From Thelocarpon superellum (lineage: Eukaryota), in the NCBI GenBank assembly GCA_026025795.1, contig JAPEUG010000003.1, positions 62,001 through 126,000 of the forward strand: DNA of 64,000 nt. Reading direction: 5' to 3'. Below are positions 58,344 to 64,000 of the stretch, piece after piece. Both the position numbers and the translations under genes were made by a program. The notes under the pieces were generated by a model, which was not told the DNA's origin, ran no database searches, and worked only from the letters and a program-made list of their open reading frames with translations. Within the stretch, counting starts at the first letter, position 1. Every line of letters begins with the position of its first letter.

Positions 58344-59774
58344 GTCAATCTGATCACGGACCGCGTCGATTCATCAATCATCCATTCACGTTGAGGAGTG
58401 GAGGATTTGGGCAAGGCGTCGCCCGGTCCAGGCAGACCGCTGCTTACACTTGTAGACGTCGGACAAAGCAAACTGCCGCGACGTAAGTTAAGTCATCACC
58501 CGTTCGCGGCTCTCTCGCCAAAGATTTGGCTCGGTGGTTCGCAAAGCGCGCCACCCGAGCGGCTCCGCTTCGGTTATTCATCCAGGTACGAGTACTGACG
58601 CACCGCGAAAAATAGACTGAAGAGGGTGGTTCATTCTATGGAAGCTATCTGTCGTTCTAATATACAACTGTGGTGGGTCATGTGCAGTAGCTTAGTCCAA
58701 AGCCTAGAGCTCCCGTATAGAGCCTCCACAGTACGATCCAGGTACTGATCCACGTACTTGGTACAAATACTCGCCCTGGGACCGGCACCAGTACCGGTAC
58801 CCAGGCACGACCCGCCAAGACCGCCACCCTCTCCGTCGTCCGATTTCTCCCGAGGCGCTCGAGGGTCTCGACACGCGGACGTTGAAAAGGGGCGACGACG
58901 TTGCATTGGTGGCACCGTCATCGGACGAAGAGCTAGTGGCTGTCATGGAACAGCAGAAACGTGGCGACCCAGCGACAATGGGGAAAGGTCTCGGACATGC
59001 TGTGGAGGCACCCTGAATCTCGATGGTGGATCTTGCCCGCTCCAATTGTCCTCACTCATGCACGGACTGGGGCGTCTCATTGGTTGCGGTGGGCAGGGCA
59101 ACCTCCGGGTGCTGATTCCCGACGAGGTCTCCATCCTCGTGCAAGTACCGATACATGTGCGATCCCCCACTCGCTGATTGCGGAGATGGGGGGTGGGAGG
59201 AGATGCAAGCTGCACGGAACTGGTGCATGCCAGCGGTGCAGACGGGCGTCGGGGAAGGCTCCAGTGGCTTGTTTGGCGGGCTTAACTGGAGCATCGTTCG
59301 CACCATGCCCGTTGCATCGCGCTACCCTTGGCTTCGGCCCGCTAAGTTGCCAAAAGTTCCGGCTGTGCCAGGTCGCGCCGGCAAGGTCAGAGGGCAAATC
59401 TTGCTTCCAATGGCACTTGCACTTGCACAAGAACGAAGAACAAGGTTTCCCAGACGAGCGGCTCGTCGCTGCACTCATCCCCGATGCATTACCCCTCCGA
59501 AATCCACCCGAGCTCCCCCTCCGCCCTCCAACCTCACCCGCTCCATTCCGACCTCTCTGATCAGCACAACATTCCTCCACTGCACGCCATCGCGGCCAGC
59601 ACATTCTCCCCCCAACCTGCCCTCCCGTCTCTTCTCTCTTTCATCGGCCTCCATGGCGATTGGCACCTCCCAGGGACTTGCTCAACAAAGGGACGGGGTT
59701 GATGACGTTCATCCTTGAGCGCTCCTCGCCACACTTCCTTGCTTCCGAGACCCGTCGCCGCCACGACGACGACC

Positions 59775-61472
59775 ATGGCCACTGAAACCCACACGACCAC
59801 CACCACGGCGACCGACGTCGCGCCGCCCGCCTTGTTTACCAAAGCCCCCTCTTCCCCGACCAAAGCACCCCCTCCTTCCCGTCTGGCGAGCGCCAATGGC
59901 CACGCCCCCGGGCTCTCGCCCCCCGCGATCGCCACAACGCCCCCGAGTCCGAAGATCCAGCACGTCGCGGCCGTGCACTCGAGGCTCCGGACGTCATGCC
60001 TCAGTCATGACTCCGGGTCCACGCCCAGCTTTCTAGGCTTTCGCAACTTGATGGTCTTGGTCCTGATCGTGTCCAATCTGCGTTTGATGGTGGAGAATTT
60101 CATCAAGTACGGCGTGCTCATCTGTCTTCGATGCCATGACTACCGTCGCCAAGATGTCGTTCTGGGCGCCTTTCTCTTCCTGCTTATCCCCTGTCACTTG
60201 TTCGGCGCGTACATGATCGAGGTCGCCGCGGCGGCGCAGGCGAAGCGGACGATCGGGCGGCGGAAGAAGGACGACGTCTCGGACCTGGCCGCCGTCCAGC
60301 GCCCCGAGGAGCGGCGGAAGGCACTCTCGACGTGGCGGATGATCGGTCTGGCACACGCCATCAACGCCACTCTGGGGCTCTGCATCACGAGCGCGGTGGT
60401 ATACTGGTTCATCCACCATCCGCTCATCGGCACCGCGTGCGAGTTGCACGCCATCATCGTCTGGCTCAAGACCTGTTCCTACGCCTTTTCCAATCGCGAT
60501 CTGCGCCTAGCCCTCCTCTTCCCGGCCACGGCGACGCAGCTGCCGGCCATCTACGCCGCCTGCCCCTACCCGCAGAACATCACGATCCAAAACCTCTCGT
60601 ACTTTTGGTGGGCGCCGACTCTGGTCTACCAGCCCGTCTACCCCCGCACCGATCGGATCCGCCTTGGCTTCGTGGCGAAGCGGCTGGCCGAGACGGCGGT
60701 GCTCAGCATGTTCATCTGGATCCTGTCGGCGCAATATGCCGCCCCCGTCCTGCGGAACTCGCTCGACAAGATGCAGACGCTGAATGTGGCATCGATCATC
60801 GAGCGCCTGATGAAGCTTTCGACCATCTCCCTGATCATCTGGCTGGCCGGCTTCTTTGCCGTCTTCCAGTCGCTCCTGAATGGCTTGGCGGAGCTGATGA
60901 TGTTTGGCGATCGCGAGTTCTACACGGACTGGTGGAATAGCCCGAGCGTGGGGACGGTGCGTCAGGCGTCCCGCCCTGTGCAACAAGAGCGATGCTGACG
61001 CGACACGCAGTATTGGCGGACGTGGAATAAGCCCGTGTACCAATTCATGAGGCGACACGTCTACACGCCGCTGATTGGACGCGGCTGCAACCCGAACGTG
61101 GCCAGCGCCATCGTCTTCATCTTCTCGGGCTTCCTCCACGAGCTGCTGGTGGGCATTCCGACCCACAATATTCTTGGTGCGTCTTCGTCTTCGTCTTCGT
61201 CTTCGTCCTCGTCCTCGTCCTCCTCTTCCTGGTGCTGGTCGCTCGAGTCTGACCAAACGATAGGAGTGGCCTTTGTGGGCATGGTCATTCAGATCCCCAT
61301 GATCGCCATCACGCTGCCTTTGGAGAAGATGAAGGGCACGAATGGGAAGATCATTGGCAATGCCATCTTTTGGATCTCTTTTTGCTTGGTGGGACAGCCA
61401 TTGGCCGCGTTGTTATATTTCTTCGCCTGGCAAGCCAAGTATGGCAGTGTCAGCAAGGCGCTCATGCGATGA
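59775..61472 (+). CDS. DGAT1: MBOAT diacylglycerol O-acyltransferase (DGAT1-type), 3 exons
   Basis: SCLSHDS..PSFLGFRNLMVLVL..NLRLMVENFIKYG, FWWAPTLVYQPVYPRT, ERLMKLS, FGDREFYTDWWNS/YWRTWNKPV, FSGFLHE, GNAIFWISFCLVGQP. Confidence 0.9.
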
Positions 61473-62201
61473 GCGCATTCACGGTAGAAGACTCAGCTGG
61501 GTATCGATTAGCAGGCCTGGAGACGGCAGGTCACCCGAATAGAACATATGAACAAGCTCGCGCACACCGAGCAGGGCACGTGGAGACGGGCGTGTGAGAT
61601 TGGAGTCTTGAGATTTTGACATTTGACATTTGACGTTTGAGACGCAGCAGACGCTGCACAACCATGAGTCGGACTTCGGGACGACTCGAGGGCCGTGGGA
61701 GTACGCGTACGACCCAGGATGCCTGCTCACGTCGAGACGAACGGTAGGCGACCAATAATGGCGCAGCTGGGGTTGGACCAAGGACGGCCGAGAGCAGCGC
61801 CACTAACTCTCATTTCCCTAGAGCTTCAACTGGGCCAGGCACCCGCTCAGGCACGCGGCCAACTGCCGCCTCCCCCAGGCCCCCCGGCGTTCTTGATAGT
61901 GGTGCCGCCGAGCCACTTCTTCCAATTCCTTCTATAGAGCAGAAATGTAGTCTGCTTTTCCGAGTCCTCGGATTCACCAAGAGGACATGCTTGTAGTTAA
62001 ATGTCGTGAGCCAGGCGCCATTATCTCCCCCCCCTCTCCTTGACCACTCTCACCGACCTACCACTCATTCATCCTCACGGACCACCGTCGCTCCCAAACC
62101 CCTTCATTCGCGTGTCGAATACTCCAGCAACCAACCGTAGACCAACCTGCGCGTCAAGCACTCGTGCTCCCACGAGTTGACCCACCCCAGCTCCCGCCGC
62201 A

Positions 62202-62723
62202 ATGACCACCGTCCTTGAGATTCCCAAGGAGTATGGGTGCGTGGCGCCCCTTCCCCTCCGCCGTCACCACCCGCCCGCCGACACTGGCTAACCGGTCGCC
62301 AGATACGTGCTCGTGACGGCGTCGGCCTCGGGCCTGCTGAGCGCATACCACACTCTCCTGGTGGCACGACGCCGCAAGGCCGCTGGCATCAAGTATCCCA
62401 ACTACTACGCCTCGGCTGAAGAAGCTGCCGCCGCGCCAGCCGCCTACTCCTTCAACTGCGCGCAGCGTGCCCACGGTAACTACCTCGAGCGTCTGCCCAC
62501 GGTCCTGTCGTGCATCCTCATAAGCGGCCTCCACTATCCGCTTACGGCGACGGGCTTGGGCGTGGCGTGGGGCGTGGGTCGGGTCCTCTATGCGCAGGGA
62601 TATGTCCAGGGTACGCCGGACGACACTGGCAAGGGGAGGAACAAGGGCTATTTCCATAACTACATCGAGCTCGGGCTCATTTTGCTGGCCGCGGCGACAG
62701 GGGTGGGCATCATCATGGCGTGA
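62202..62723 (+). CDS. MAPEG family protein (microsomal glutathione S-transferase 3-like), 2 exons
   Basis: MTTVLEIPKEYG/YVL.., RRKAAGIKYPNYYA, FNCAQRAHGNYLE, GLHYP, GRVLYAQGY. Confidence 0.92.
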
Positions 62724-62757
62724 GCGATCATCCTTAAGGACGTGACGAGCCGCCGAT

Positions 62758-62807
62758 GGAGCTGAGCTGGAGCTGGAGCTGGAGCTGGAGCTGGAGCTGG
62801 AGCTGGA
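62758..62807. repeat. (GGAGCT)n hexamer repeat
   Basis: Direct reading in the ~100-bp gap between the convergent MAPEG and acetyltransferase stops. Confidence 0.9.
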
Positions 62808-62821
62808 TACAATCCATAGCA

Positions 62822-63604
62822 CTACGGAGCATGTCCAGTCTTGCCCCCTGCCTGACCCTCCCGGTCCATCTCCGTGTCGACCTTGCGTAAGACCTTGGCC
62901 GGATTGCCAGCTACGACATGGAACGCGGGCACGTCTTTGGTCACTACCGAGCCCGCACCAATCGTGGCTCCCTTGCCGACCTTGACTCCTGGTCTACGAC
63001 ACCGATGAGCGGGGTCAGAGTACGTGTTGGTCCACACTCACAAAATCGTCACGTTGCCTCCAATCCAGCAGTCTTCACCGATGTCGATCTCCTCTCCCAG
63101 CTCCGGCCCCCGGGTGCCGTCACGGAGCGCGGGATCCAGTGGGTGGGTGCCGCTGTAGAAGCTCACGTTAGGCCCGACCAATGTCCGGGACCCGATCCGA
63201 ATGGCACAGGTGTCGAGGAAGATGGCATTGAAGTTGATGTAGACATTCTCGCCCAGGTAGATGTTGGTGCCGTAGTCGGCGGAGAAGGGGGCCTCAACCC
63301 ATGGATGGTCCTCAAAGAGAGCATCATCCGCCTCTTGCGTCGCGGCGAGCGGCGGTAGCGGGTTCAGGTCTTGGACGATGCTATCAGGCGTCAACGAGGG
63401 CGGCGGGATCGGCGGCACGGGTGGGCCACCCTACTCTTGCCACAGCTCCACCAGACGTCGGCGGGGCACCTCGCCCGCCGTATTGAAGCGCCGACAGGCG
63501 TGTAAGCATCGCTTGCGATCTTTCACGAGGCCTGGGTGAAAGGCATGGTAGAGCTCTCCGCTGAGCTGCCTCTGCTTCTGTTCGCGGTAATCGGTGAAGT
63601 CCAT
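62822..63604 (-). CDS. Maltose/galactoside O-acetyltransferase (Mac + left-handed beta-helix), 3 exons
   Basis: [106 protein letters not shown]. Confidence 0.93.
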
Positions 63605-63814
63605 GTTTCTGGCGTCGTGAAGCAGTTCTGGCGTGGACGGGACTCGACAGGAGCGAGTCACCGTTGCAGGCATGCCACACCGCACGCACGCCCAGCTGCA
63701 AGCCACCAGTCTCGCTCCGCGGAGCCTCAGCCCCGGGACAGCCTGTTGAGCTGTGCGCCTAATTGGAGCTTGGCTCGGCCGGTTGGTCGAGCGAGAGAAA
63801 GCGCCACGCCACGC

Positions 63815-63843
63815 CAGCACCAGCACCAGCACCAGCACCAGCG
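63815..63843. repeat. (CAGCAC)n hexamer repeat
   Basis: cagcaccagcaccagcaccagcaccagc upstream of the acetyltransferase. Confidence 0.85.
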
Positions 63844-64000
63844 CCGATCGCTCTCCAAGCTCCGAGCTGCAAATATTACCGGCACGCTGGGAACCGCTTC
63901 GTACGGACTCGTACCAGCACGCGGAGTGAGGCCCGCCATAGCTCTTTGTTTCACCTCCCCGGTGCCACCCAGTCTCGACGGCGCGCCTCCCTGTATCACC

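Noticed and set aside
62822..63604. Maltose acetyltransferase as a recent bacterial horizontal transfer
   Set aside because: It has two spliceosomal introns and host-like codon usage, and the family is common in ascomycetes.
59775..63604. DGAT1-MAPEG-acetyltransferase as a biosynthetic cluster
   Set aside because: No backbone enzyme, transporter or regulator in view, and the functions are not obviously linked; the window edge limits the assessment.

Overview
GC-rich, compact, intron-containing eukaryotic DNA from a filamentous ascomycete (Pezizomycotina-type gene set, short 50-90 nt introns with CTRAC/CTRAY branch points). About 26 recognisable housekeeping genes lie here: the MDN1 3' end, a ZIP zinc transporter, NUC1, TIM13, an L-type lectin, PKA catalytic subunit, NOC3, NIP7, SRP72, beta-carbonic anhydrase, SET9, MRPL38, RPB9, ESS1, MRH4, BUD4, POP3, a large USP34-like deubiquitinase, TFA1, PUS1, a TMEM170-like protein, PEX8, PFS2, DGAT1, a MAPEG protein and a maltose/galactoside acetyltransferase. 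There is also a ~4.5 kb island of orphan ORFs (17-21.4 kb) and many short tandem repeats. No rRNA, tRNA, CRISPR array or transposon was recognised. The most striking signal is RPB9 intron 1: it is unusually long (261 nt) and reads in frame into an alternative Cys-rich (CxxC-x5-CxxC) plus acidic C-terminus, suggesting a second Rpb9 isoform with a swapped zinc module. Other leads are a cryptic mitochondrial presequence upstream of carbonic anhydrase, a GC-AG intron hiding the true BUD4 start, uORFs before DGAT1, paired perfect splice donors upstream of the zinc transporter, and function-matched head-to-head gene pairs. Gene identities come from motif and family recognition by eye; no database search was run.
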